Below are positions 1 through 8,258 of a DNA stretch of 64,000 nt, piece by piece. The notes beneath the pieces were generated by a model. The model worked only from the letters and a program-made list of their open reading frames with translations. It made no database searches and was not told where the DNA came from. This DNA is from an uncultured Myxococcales bacterium (lineage in GTDB: Bacteria; Myxococcota; UBA727; JABDBI01): the NCBI GenBank assembly GCA_964493205.1, contig CAZBMJ010000001.1, forward strand, positions 73,611-137,610, in the 5' to 3' direction. The position numbers and the translations under genes are program-made. Numbering within the stretch: position 1 is the first letter of the stretch; the number at the start of each line of letters is the position of its first letter.

Positions 1-1091
1 TTAAGCAAATCACAGAAAATCCTTTTATTAATGAAGCGTTAATAACTCCAGCACGATTATTATATAAAAATAAGCTTTTAAAATCAGAAAAAATTGAAAA
101 TGGTAGTGTCTTACTAAAGCTAGAGTCAGAAGGGGCTGAAGATAAAATTCTTGATGAAACTAAGATGAAAGAGCTTTTTGGTGATTTTAAAAGAGAGGAA
201 AATCTTTTGGGCAAAGGGGGAATGGGTAGTGTTTATAAAGTGAATTATAAAGGCCAAGATTACGCTTTAAAAATAGGTACTTACGAATATGAAGAATTAG
301 AAGTATTGCAATCTACTGGTGCTGTAGCTAAAGTTTTTGGAACTTTTAGTTATGACAATAAGCCTTGTATGCTGATGGAAATTGGGCAAAAAAGTTTAGC
401 AGATATGAATAAAAATGGTGAAAAACTTACTAACGACCAGCTCACTACTGCTATTGCTAGTTTTACGAAGCTTATTGGCGAAGAAAAAAAAATTGGCATA
501 GAAAATAAGGATATTAAACCTGATAATCTTTTACTCACTAACGATAATAAGCTAGTGGTGATTGACATTTCTTCATCAGCTGAAACTACTGGCTATACTG
601 GTACTGAAGGGAAAAAATTTGCCATTTCTTTACTTGAAAATAAAAAAGGAATTTCTTTAGCTAGTGCTAATAAATTTATAACTACAGAAAGTCTATTAAA
701 TCCTGACCAAAAAACAAAAGGAGTATATTTTGTTGCTCCTTATGTTATTGCTCATTGGAGCAAAAAAGTATGTGTTGAAATACTTCTTTCCAAAGTCAAC
801 TGTGATGCTATAAAAACTCCTAAAGATTTTTTTGACCTTATTCCACCAGAAAAACGTGAAGAGCTAGCTCAACAAAAAAATGAAGAAATTAAACAAGAAA
901 ATGAGAAAAATATACATCATAAATTTAAAAAGAAAACTCTTGATAGTAATAATTATAATGATGTTATGGGTGTTTTAGCCGAAAAATACCCTCAGTATAC
1001 TGTTGAATATTTAGTTGATGATATTTTTAATAATGAATTAGATAAAAATGATGAAGTTAATAAAGGTTTAATTGAACTTTATAATTTGTAA
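1..1091 (+). CDS. Eukaryotic-like Ser/Thr protein kinase domain protein, 5' partial (reading frame is open to the window edge); paralog of 2179..4212
   Basis: Reading frame open from nt 3 onward. GKGGMGSVYKV glycine loop, YALKI (AxK), DIKPDNLLL catalytic-loop-like and VIDIS (DFG-like) motifs. N-terminal region aligns with the kinase 2 segment ENPFVGKDFITSARPS. Last 27 aa identical to kinase 2. Confidence 0.6.
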   Translation, partial: KQITENPFINEALITPARLLYKNKLLKSEKIENGSVLLKLESEGAEDKILDETKMKELFGDFKREENLLGKGGMGSVYKVNYKGQDYALKIGTYEYEELEVLQSTGAVAKVFGTFSYDNKPCMLMEIGQKSLADMNKNGEKLTNDQLTTAIASFTKLIGEEKKIGIENKDIKPDNLLLTNDNKLVVIDISSSAETTGYTGTEGKKFAISLLENKKGISLASANKFITTESLLNPDQKTKGVYFVAPYVIAHWSKKVCVEILLSKVNCDAIKTPKDFFDLIPPEKREELAQQKNEEIKQENEKNIHHKFKKKTLDSNNYNDVMGVLAEKYPQYTVEYLVDDIFNNELDKNDEVNKGLIELYNL

Positions 1092-1106
1092 ATTTACCTG
1101 CAGTGA

Positions 1107-1137
1107 CTAGCATGGTGCTAGCCAGTGATTTTTGTTG
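1107..1137 (+). terminator. Weak hairpin (ctagca-tgg-tgctag) followed by a T-rich stretch downstream of kinase 1
   Basis: 6-bp perfect inverted repeat with a 3-nt loop, then gatttttgttg. Weak for an intrinsic terminator. Confidence 0.25.
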
Positions 1138-1174
1138 CTATTATTAGTATATTATATTGATATGAATTTAAATA

Positions 1175-1417
1175 ATGCAGGAAAATAAGTTAATGCCAAC
1201 GATTAGTGCATTTTATGGAATACTGATTCAAATGTTTTGGGGTGATCATGCTCCACCTCACCTTCATGCGCTATACGCGGAATATGAGGTGCTGATCGAT
1301 ATCCACACTCTTGAAGTTATTCGTGGCTCTATGCCTCGTCGAGCATTAGCTTTAGTGTTGGAGTGGGCTTTTCAGTATCGTGCTGAGTTACTTGAGGATT
1401 GGAAATTATGCGAATAA
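1175..1417 (+). CDS. DUF4160-family small protein
   Basis: Sequence FYGILIQMFWGDHAPPHLHA...EVIRGSMPRRALALVLEWA is typical of the DUF4160 family. Locally higher GC than the flanks. Overlaps its DUF2442 partner. Confidence 0.6.
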   Translation: MQENKLMPTISAFYGILIQMFWGDHAPPHLHALYAEYEVLIDIHTLEVIRGSMPRRALALVLEWAFQYRAELLEDWKLCE

Positions 1418-1722
1418 AATCAATCGCCAAAGAAAATATCACCCCTAGAATAGTGTGTAACGCTCCTTGGCGGTTAATTAAAGTAAAACCACTACCAAAT
1501 TATGAACTTGAAGTTGAGTTTAATGATGGTACACATGGTTTTGTTGAAATGATTAAATTAATAATGAGTGATCATGCAGGAGTTTTTGCTGCGCTTAAAA
1601 ATAAAGATATATTTAATATGGTCCATCTTGAATATGGTGTATTAACTTGGCCAGGGGAAATTGATTTAGCGCCAGATGTTATGCACGATGTTGTTAAAGA
1701 AAAAGGACGCTGGGTTTTGTGA
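1399..1722 (+). CDS. DUF2442-family small protein, partner of DUF4160
   Basis: The DUF4160/DUF2442 pair is a conserved two-gene module. 19-nt overlap with the upstream gene. GC-richer than surrounding DNA. Confidence 0.55.
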   Translation: MEIMRIKSIAKENITPRIVCNAPWRLIKVKPLPNYELEVEFNDGTHGFVEMIKLIMSDHAGVFAALKNKDIFNMVHLEYGVLTWPGEIDLAPDVMHDVVKEKGRWVL

Positions 1723-1806
1723 ATAATCGTTTTTTTATCATCTGATAGCTTTACGAAAATTAATTTTGGGCCTCTTTTGTACCGGCCCAAATTATCTAAA
1801 ATCCTT

Positions 1807-1902
1807 TTTACATACTCAGTAAATATTCAACTAAAGTTCTAATGGCAAAGCCTGTGCCACCATACAAGCCCCTGTAAGAGTCGCAATATCAATAATTACA
1901 TC
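1807..1902 (-). pseudogene. Remnant of the pepA 3' end (duplicate of 4428..4480 plus 4777..4820, with a ~298-bp internal deletion)
   Basis: Near-identical nucleotide match to the 3' end of pepA at 4428..5948. The deletion is flanked by a gccacca direct repeat in the intact copy. Its length is not a multiple of 3. Confidence 0.7.
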
Positions 1903-2178
1903 AACTTAGAGACTTATGATAATAATGATTTAGATATAAATAGCTGTAGTTAACTTAAAGTAAGGCGGTTTGCTGTTGCTAACTATTATTTATCTGCTTA
2001 ATTAGCAATGCTTAGGTATGTAAGATTTTTGATCTACTTTATATGCTTAATTTAGCTATGAGCAACAGTTAAAAAGGCTAACCAATCGTTAAATAAAGTA
2101 AATTTATAACCATTTAACCTATTGGCTTATTTTTTTTTAATCTATTGATATGTGTTTTAAAAATGTTAAATAAATAGT

Positions 2179-4212
2179 ATGAAAAATATTTTTAAAATTT
2201 ATTTTATTATTGTGTTGTTATTTTTTATATCTTCTTGTGTTGATGTTGGAAAATCTGTGGAAAGAAAGCAATCTGGCGCCACAGGAAGTACAGATTCTTC
2301 TGGCTCAAATAACGATGAAACACTAAAAAAATGTAGCGAGCGTTCTAAGACTGAACTTAACTGTAGTTCAGATGGTAAATGCGAACTTTATCAAAATAAC
2401 TGTGTAGATGCTTGTCATACTATAAAAGAACCGACTGCTTGTGATGCACAAAAGCCAAGATGCCAATATTATAATGGAACTTGTTTACAATATTTTAAAG
2501 CTAAAGAACAAGAAGACGCTAAAAAAGAGGCAGAAGAGAAAGCTAAAAAAGAAGCAGAAAAGAAAGCTAAAGAAGAAGCTAACAAAATAGAGATATTAGG
2601 TGAGAATAAATATTTCAAAGTTAGTAAACAAGCTGGAAAAACTAGTTATGAAATAAAAGAAGCCGTTACCAAACCTACATTTATAAAAAAAGATGGGACG
2701 TTAGTGGAAAGTTCTAGTCTAGAGACTATTTCTTATGATGATTTTTCTAAGCTATCTCATATTGCTTTGCCTGAATCACATCCATTTACTAAACAGTTTT
2801 TAGAGAATCCCTTTGTCGGTAAAGATTTTATTACTTCAGCTAGGCCGTCTATGTGGGGCAAACTTTTAGTAGCACAAAAAACTGAGAAAAACACAGTGGT
2901 GTTTAGCATTGATAAAGATGTTTCAAAGCCAGATAAAAAAGTTATTGATGAAGCTAAGCTAACAGAACTTTTTGATGATTTTAAAAAACCAGAAAATCTT
3001 TTGGGCAAAGGTGGGGAGGGCAGTGTTTATAGAGTTAAGTACAATGGCGAAGATTATGCCTTAAAAATAAATGCAGCAGAGTACGAAGATTTAGAAAAAT
3101 TGCAGTCCACTGGGGCAGTGGCCAAAGTTTTTGGGACTTTTACATATGGCAATCAGCCTTGTATGCTCATGGAAGTTGGACAAAAAACTCTAGAAGATAT
3201 GAACAAACGTGGCGAAAAACTTAGTGAAGAGCAACTAAAAACTGCTATTACAAGTTTTAAAAACCTTGTTGCAGTGCAGAAAAAACTTGGGATTAGAAAT
3301 AACGATGTTAAACCAAACAATTTTTTGCTTACTAAAGATAATAAACTTGTAGTTATTGATATAAGTTCGATGCGCACTCGAGGATATGAAAGTTCAGATA
3401 CACAGCTTTTAGCTAGATCATTATTAGAAAATAAATTAGAAATGTCACTTAGAGGTGGTTATAGCGATTTGCAAGGCGTTCCTTTTCATGATCTAGAATA
3501 TATTAATCCAGAAATAATATCTCCAGACCTTTTGGTTAAGTGGAATAAAAAAGTTTGCAGTGAATTTTTACCTAAAGAGGATAAATGTAAAGATATCAAA
3601 AATTTTGCTGAATTTTTTAAACTTATTCCAACAGAGAAACTTTATGAAATTGCTTTGAAAATTAACCAAAAGTGGAATGATGTTTCAGGTACTGTTGATC
3701 AAGATAAGAATCTTATGGCGGGGGGGGGCAAATATCGTACTGGATTACCTATGCCTTTAGTGCAAGAACTAGATAATAACGTTTGGCAACAATACTTTGA
3801 TAAAAAAGACAATGTAATAAGTGGATTTTGTCGTTCTATTATTGCCAATTCTCAATATACTGAAGAAGAAGAAAAAGAAGGCCTTACAGGGGAAAAGGCT
3901 TTTTATAAACCATTTAAAGATAAATATAAGAAAGATTGTCTAGAAGATGGGACTGAAACTAACATCCATCTTCCAGGTAGAAAAGTTACAAAATATAAGT
4001 TAACTAAAAATTTTACTTCATCAGCAGATGAGGAATTTATACAATTTATTAAGGATGCTTATTCCTATCATATTTATCAACAAACCATGGCAAAATTAAT
4101 TGAAGATTATTCTAAATATACTGTTAAATATTTAATTAGTGATATTTTTAATAATGAATTAGATAAAAATGATGAAGTTAATAAAGGTTTAATTGAACTT
4201 TATAATTTGTAA
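2179..4212 (+). CDS. Eukaryotic-like Ser/Thr protein kinase lipoprotein (signal peptide plus lipobox FFISSC, Cys-rich N-terminal module, KEAEEKAKKEAEKKAK coiled-coil-like repeat, kinase domain, long C-terminal region)
   Basis: GKGGEGSVYRV, YALKI, NDVKPNNFLL and VIDISS motifs. Paralog of the 1..1091 gene with an identical C-terminus. Contains a G9 homopolymer at 3720..3728. Confidence 0.6.
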   Translation: MKNIFKIYFIIVLLFFISSCVDVGKSVERKQSGATGSTDSSGSNNDETLKKCSERSKTELNCSSDGKCELYQNNCVDACHTIKEPTACDAQKPRCQYYNGTCLQYFKAKEQEDAKKEAEEKAKKEAEKKAKEEANKIEILGENKYFKVSKQAGKTSYEIKEAVTKPTFIKKDGTLVESSSLETISYDDFSKLSHIALPESHPFTKQFLENPFVGKDFITSARPSMWGKLLVAQKTEKNTVVFSIDKDVSKPDKKVIDEAKLTELFDDFKKPENLLGKGGEGSVYRVKYNGEDYALKINAAEYEDLEKLQSTGAVAKVFGTFTYGNQPCMLMEVGQKTLEDMNKRGEKLSEEQLKTAITSFKNLVAVQKKLGIRNNDVKPNNFLLTKDNKLVVIDISSMRTRGYESSDTQLLARSLLENKLEMSLRGGYSDLQGVPFHDLEYINPEIISPDLLVKWNKKVCSEFLPKEDKCKDIKNFAEFFKLIPTEKLYEIALKINQKWNDVSGTVDQDKNLMAGGGKYRTGLPMPLVQELDNNVWQQYFDKKDNVISGFCRSIIANSQYTEEEEKEGLTGEKAFYKPFKDKYKKDCLEDGTETNIHLPGRKVTKYKLTKNFTSSADEEFIQFIKDAYSYHIYQQTMAKLIEDYSKYTVKYLISDIFNNELDKNDEVNKGLIELYNL

Positions 4213-4427
4213 ATTTATAAAAAAGAGTGACAACTATCTTGCAAAACACCAGGAGCATAGCAACGAGGCAGTCCATCTTCATAATGCCTAGATTGCCACA
4301 TCTTTCGCTATGCTCAAGATTCGCAAAGACGCTTATGTGAAGAGCTCTTCTTTAGAAGGGCTCTCTGGGCGACGTGGAACTCTTGGGTTGACTCCTATGG
4401 AGCACACCATAGCAAACATATTTAGCT

Positions 4428-5948
4428 TTACATACTCAGTAAATATTCAACTAAAGTTCTAATGGCAAAGCCTGTGCCACCAGTACCCAAGTATGGATGT
4501 GCTTTAGAATTGGTTGCTGGGCCTGCAATGTCTAAATGAGCCCATTTGGTATCGTTGGTTATAAATTGTTGTAAAAATAATGCTGCAGTGATGCTTCCGC
4601 CCCATCTATCTCCACAATTTTTAAAGTCAGCATTGGGAGTTTTTAAGCCTTCAAGCAGATCTTGGTTTAGAGGCAGTCGCCAAAATTGCTCTCCAGTTTT
4701 TTTATCTAGGCTTAATAAACTATTAGCGAGTTCATCGTCGTTACTAAAAAGGCCTGCACATTTGGTACCTAGCGCCACCATACATGCGCCTGTAAGAGTC
4801 GCAATATCAATAATTACATCGGGTTTATCATTGTCTATAGCATAGGTGATAGCATCAGCTAATATTAAACGACCTTCGGCGTCTGTATTGCTTATTTCAA
4901 TGCTTAAGCCATTTCTAGCGATAAAAATATCTCCTGGATGATAAGCTTTTGCATCAACGCCATTTTCTACACAAACCATGTAGCCAATAATATTAAAGTT
5001 AAGATTAAGGCTGGCTATAGTTTTCATCACACCTAGCACAGCTGCAGAGCCTGACATATCAACTTTCATATCAAGCATGCCATCAGCTGGTTTTATATCG
5101 AGGCCGCCTGAATCAAAAGTTACACCTTTGCCAATTAAAACTACAGTTTTTTTACTAGCTTTTTTAGGTTTATAAATAAGCTTTATAAGTCGGGGTGGCG
5201 CGAATTCTGATGCAGCACTGGCTACAGCAAGCATCAAGTTCATTTTTTCTTTTTGCAAAGCTTTTTCATCGAGTATTTCTATGCTTAAGCCAGTTTCTTT
5301 TGCAACTTTTTGTGCTTCTTTGGCTAATTGCACAGGATTAGCAAATATGGGAGGCTCGTTGATTAAATCTCTTGCCAAAATAACGCTACTAGCAATATTT
5401 TGTCCTGAAATTAAGGCTTTTTTTAACGCATCGGTGGGAGTTTCATGAATTATGAGATCTACTGTTTCAACATGGATAGTATGTTTATCCATATCTTTCG
5501 AATGATATTTTTTAAAAGTATATGAGGCTAAAATAATACCTTCAGTTATGGCTTGAATGGCATCAAATAAAGGAACTTCAGTATTTTTTGGTAGTAGTAT
5601 TTGTAAGCTTTTAATTTGTTTTTTGTTGGCTAGTTTATATGCATGGGCACCAGCTTGCCTAAAATGATCCACTGATTGTTTATAAGCATCTCCTAAACCA
5701 ATCAGTGCGATGCTCGTATTTGTTTCTTCATTAAAAATATTGCTTACAAATGTTTGATTAAGATCCGCGAGAAAACTTTCACGTTTAGCATGCTCAAATA
5801 AGTTTGAAGAGCACCATTTGTTTATGGTTTCTGCATTATCGTATATATCAAATTCATGTTTTTTGCTTTTTAAAGCTTTTTTATTGACTAAAACCACGCT
5901 TAAATCAGTTTTTTTTAAGGTTTTTGGGTTATTAAGACTAAATTTCAT
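4428..5948 (-). CDS. pepA: Leucyl aminopeptidase (M17 family)
   Basis: NTDAEGRL M17 signature, and VGKGVTFDSGGLDIKP metal-site motif. Length 506 aa. Confidence 0.9.
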   Translation of the reverse strand: MKFSLNNPKTLKKTDLSVVLVNKKALKSKKHEFDIYDNAETINKWCSSNLFEHAKRESFLADLNQTFVSNIFNEETNTSIALIGLGDAYKQSVDHFRQAGAHAYKLANKKQIKSLQILLPKNTEVPLFDAIQAITEGIILASYTFKKYHSKDMDKHTIHVETVDLIIHETPTDALKKALISGQNIASSVILARDLINEPPIFANPVQLAKEAQKVAKETGLSIEILDEKALQKEKMNLMLAVASAASEFAPPRLIKLIYKPKKASKKTVVLIGKGVTFDSGGLDIKPADGMLDMKVDMSGSAAVLGVMKTIASLNLNFNIIGYMVCVENGVDAKAYHPGDIFIARNGLSIEISNTDAEGRLILADAITYAIDNDKPDVIIDIATLTGACMVALGTKCAGLFSNDDELANSLLSLDKKTGEQFWRLPLNQDLLEGLKTPNADFKNCGDRWGGSITAALFLQQFITNDTKWAHLDIAGPATNSKAHPYLGTGGTGFAIRTLVEYLLSM

Positions 5949-6027
5949 GAAGACCTCTTTTGCAAGTGATGATTTTATCTTTATATTCTCTAAACCAATA
6001 AAGCAAAATGTTAATAAGGATTATTAA

Positions 6028-7257
6028 ATGTTAAATGAACTGGACTCTAAATTAATAGGCGGAATTTTATTAGTCGCCGGTACTACTATTGGCGCTGCAA
6101 TGCTTGCTATGCCTATTACCACTGGTTTATTTGGCTTTTTAGGCACATTGGTTATATTGTTAGGCTGCTGGTTATTTATGTATTGGACTGCCACACTTAT
6201 TTTAGAAGCCACTTTGCATTTTGGCCAATCGGCTAGTTTTATTAGTATGGCCAAAAATACTTTAGGACCTATTGGCTTAGGCGTTACGTGGGTATCTTTT
6301 TTATTGTTTTTTTATGCCTTGATTGCAGCTTACTTAAGCGGAAGTGGTGCCATTTTTATCGATGCTATGACTGGTTTTGTGGGCGTAGAAGTTCCTTCAT
6401 GGTTTAAAATGTTACCTATGCTTATATTTTTTTCACCATTTATTTATTTTGGTTTATCAGTAGTTGATCACTTAAATCGTTACTTAATGATTGCTATGTT
6501 ATTAGCATACCTAATTATTATTATTATGCTTTATCCTCAGGCTGGTTCTGGTAAATTATTACATACTGATTGGTCTTTTTCTTTATTATCTTTTTCGGTG
6601 GTAATTACCAGTTTTGGTTTTCACTCTACCATTCCTACCTTGGTGGATTATTTAGAAAGAGATGTCAAAAAGATTAAACAGTGCTTATTCTTTGGCAGTT
6701 TAATACCATTAGCTATTTATATAATTTGGGAAGCTTTAATCTTAAGTATTGTGCCTATTTCGGGAAATTTTGGTTTGGCCTATGCTTTTAGTTACGATAT
6801 GTCTTTATCTCAAGTTCTGCAAAAGCATAACAATAATGATTTTTTAATAATTATTATCAGAGTTTTTTCGTTGTTTACTATTGTCACTTCTTTTTTAGGA
6901 GTGGCACAAGGGCTATTTGACTTTTTGAAAGACGGCGTAAAAGCTAAAAATCATCAAGGTCGTTTATTTGCTTTTATTTTAACTTTTTTACCTCCAGTTT
7001 TATTTATTTTGTTTTTTGAAAAAGGTTTTATAACTCTTTTAGAATATGCTGGGGCCTTAGTATCAATTATTTTAGGTATTATACCAATATTAATAGTCTG
7101 GCATTTGCGATATACTCATAAAAAATCTTTTGGCTATCAGGCTGTAGGGAATAAATTTGCTTTATTATTGGGCTTAGTATTCTTTGGGTTTGTTGTTTTA
7201 CTTGTGCTCTTAAAAAATATGAATTTTATAACCTTTTCTACTGCTGGTTTAATATAA
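6028..7257 (+). CDS. Aromatic amino acid (Tyr/Trp) permease, HAAAP family
   Basis: N-terminal sequence KLIGGILLVAGTTIGAAMLAMPI is typical of the TyrP/Mtr/TnaB family. Polytopic membrane protein of about 11 TM segments. Confidence 0.7.
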   Translation: MLNELDSKLIGGILLVAGTTIGAAMLAMPITTGLFGFLGTLVILLGCWLFMYWTATLILEATLHFGQSASFISMAKNTLGPIGLGVTWVSFLLFFYALIAAYLSGSGAIFIDAMTGFVGVEVPSWFKMLPMLIFFSPFIYFGLSVVDHLNRYLMIAMLLAYLIIIIMLYPQAGSGKLLHTDWSFSLLSFSVVITSFGFHSTIPTLVDYLERDVKKIKQCLFFGSLIPLAIYIIWEALILSIVPISGNFGLAYAFSYDMSLSQVLQKHNNNDFLIIIIRVFSLFTIVTSFLGVAQGLFDFLKDGVKAKNHQGRLFAFILTFLPPVLFILFFEKGFITLLEYAGALVSIILGIIPILIVWHLRYTHKKSFGYQAVGNKFALLLGLVFFGFVVLLVLLKNMNFITFSTAGLI

Positions 7258-7258
7258 A

Positions 7259-8035
7259 ATGCAAAAATTTATTACTGTTGATAAAAAAGATCATATTTTA
7301 CTTATTACTCTTAAGCGCCCTGAAGTAAGAAATGCCCTATCAACAATGCTGCTTTTAGAGTTACAAGCTATTATTTCTAGCATTAAATTAAGTGACACAC
7401 GATGTTTAATTATTACTGGTAGCGGCGATAAAGCTTTTTGTTCTGGAGCAGATTTAAAAGAACGCTCAAGTATGTCGAGTGTTGAAACATTAGATTTTTT
7501 AAACTTGATTGGCAGCACCTTTAATTTATTGGCAAACTTACCCATTCCAACCATTGCTCTTATTAATGCTGATGCATTTGGAGGGGGTTTAGAACTTGCA
7601 CTCGCTTGTGACTTAAGAATTACCCACGAGCAAGTTTTATTAGGGCTTACAGAAACAAGTTTAGGCATTATTCCAGGAGCAGGTGGTACGCAAAGATTAT
7701 CCCGATTAATAGGCGTTTCTAGGGCTTTAGATATGATTTTATGTGCTAAAAAAATTTCAGGCCAAGAAGCTTTTGATATCTCTTTGGTTAATTATTTAGT
7801 ACCAAAAGAACAATTATTGCTCTTTGCATATGAGTTAGCTCACAAAATTAGTAATAATGGGCCACTAAGTTTGGCAGCAGCTAAAAATGCTGTTATTAAT
7901 GGGCTAGACATAAGTTTAAAAGAGGGTTTAGAATTAGAGCGCAATGCTTATAAATCCATTTTATTGAGCCAAGACAGAAAAGAAGGTATTAATGCTTTTT
8001 TACAAAAGCGCCAAGCTTTATTTATAGGCAAATAG
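7259..8035 (+). CDS. Enoyl-CoA hydratase/isomerase (crotonase family)
   Basis: Crotonase fold motifs GSGDKAFCSGADL and FGGGLELALACD. Length 258 aa. Confidence 0.85.
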   Translation: MQKFITVDKKDHILLITLKRPEVRNALSTMLLLELQAIISSIKLSDTRCLIITGSGDKAFCSGADLKERSSMSSVETLDFLNLIGSTFNLLANLPIPTIALINADAFGGGLELALACDLRITHEQVLLGLTETSLGIIPGAGGTQRLSRLIGVSRALDMILCAKKISGQEAFDISLVNYLVPKEQLLLFAYELAHKISNNGPLSLAAAKNAVINGLDISLKEGLELERNAYKSILLSQDRKEGINAFLQKRQALFIGK

Positions 8036-8107
8036 AAATACTTTTATTCTTAATCCAAAAAATCCTCAGTATAGCTATACTAGTTAAATAGCTAAGGGGA
8101 GGGTTAA

Positions 8108-8206
8108 ATGAAAGAAGAAATAATAGCTGATTTAGAACTTGATATTGTAGAAGAGGCAGAACTACCTGAGTTTGATGTTCTTTTACAAAGAGAGTACGAA
8201 GGTTAG
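8108..8206 (+). CDS. 32-aa acidic peptide (MKEEIIADLELDIVEEAELPEFDVLLQREYEG), candidate precursor peptide of the downstream modification operon
   Basis: Very strong Shine-Dalgarno sequence (aaggggaggg) 5 nt upstream. Followed by a hairpin plus T-tract. Sits directly upstream of an HExxH/E1-like/YcaO/MFS operon. Not in the supplied ORF track because it is too short. Confidence 0.45.
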   Translation: MKEEIIADLELDIVEEAELPEFDVLLQREYEG

Positions 8207-8218
8207 TGTTATTTTCTA

Positions 8219-8247
8219 GGGTAGGCGCAGGTCTACCCATTTTTATT
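8219..8247 (+). terminator. Intrinsic terminator or attenuator hairpin (gggtag-gcgcaggt-ctaccc then atttttatt) between the small peptide gene and the enzyme genes
   Basis: 6-bp GC-rich stem with an 8-nt loop, followed by a T-run. Position is typical of a partial terminator that raises precursor-to-enzyme transcript ratio. Confidence 0.5.
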
Positions 8248-8258
8248 AAGGTGCATAT

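Noticed and set aside
350-3377. Short minus-strand ORFs (350..568, 2757..3008, 3153..3377) inside the kinase genes
   Set aside because: They are antisense to well-supported kinase ORFs, have no independent signals, and 350..568 and 3153..3377 are the same artefact appearing in both paralogs.
8108-8206. Interpreting the small peptide as a classical thiazole/oxazole-modified microcin (azole) precursor
   Set aside because: The peptide contains no Cys, Ser or Thr. YcaO/E1 cyclodehydration to azolines is therefore impossible on this sequence, so only non-azole chemistry is proposed.
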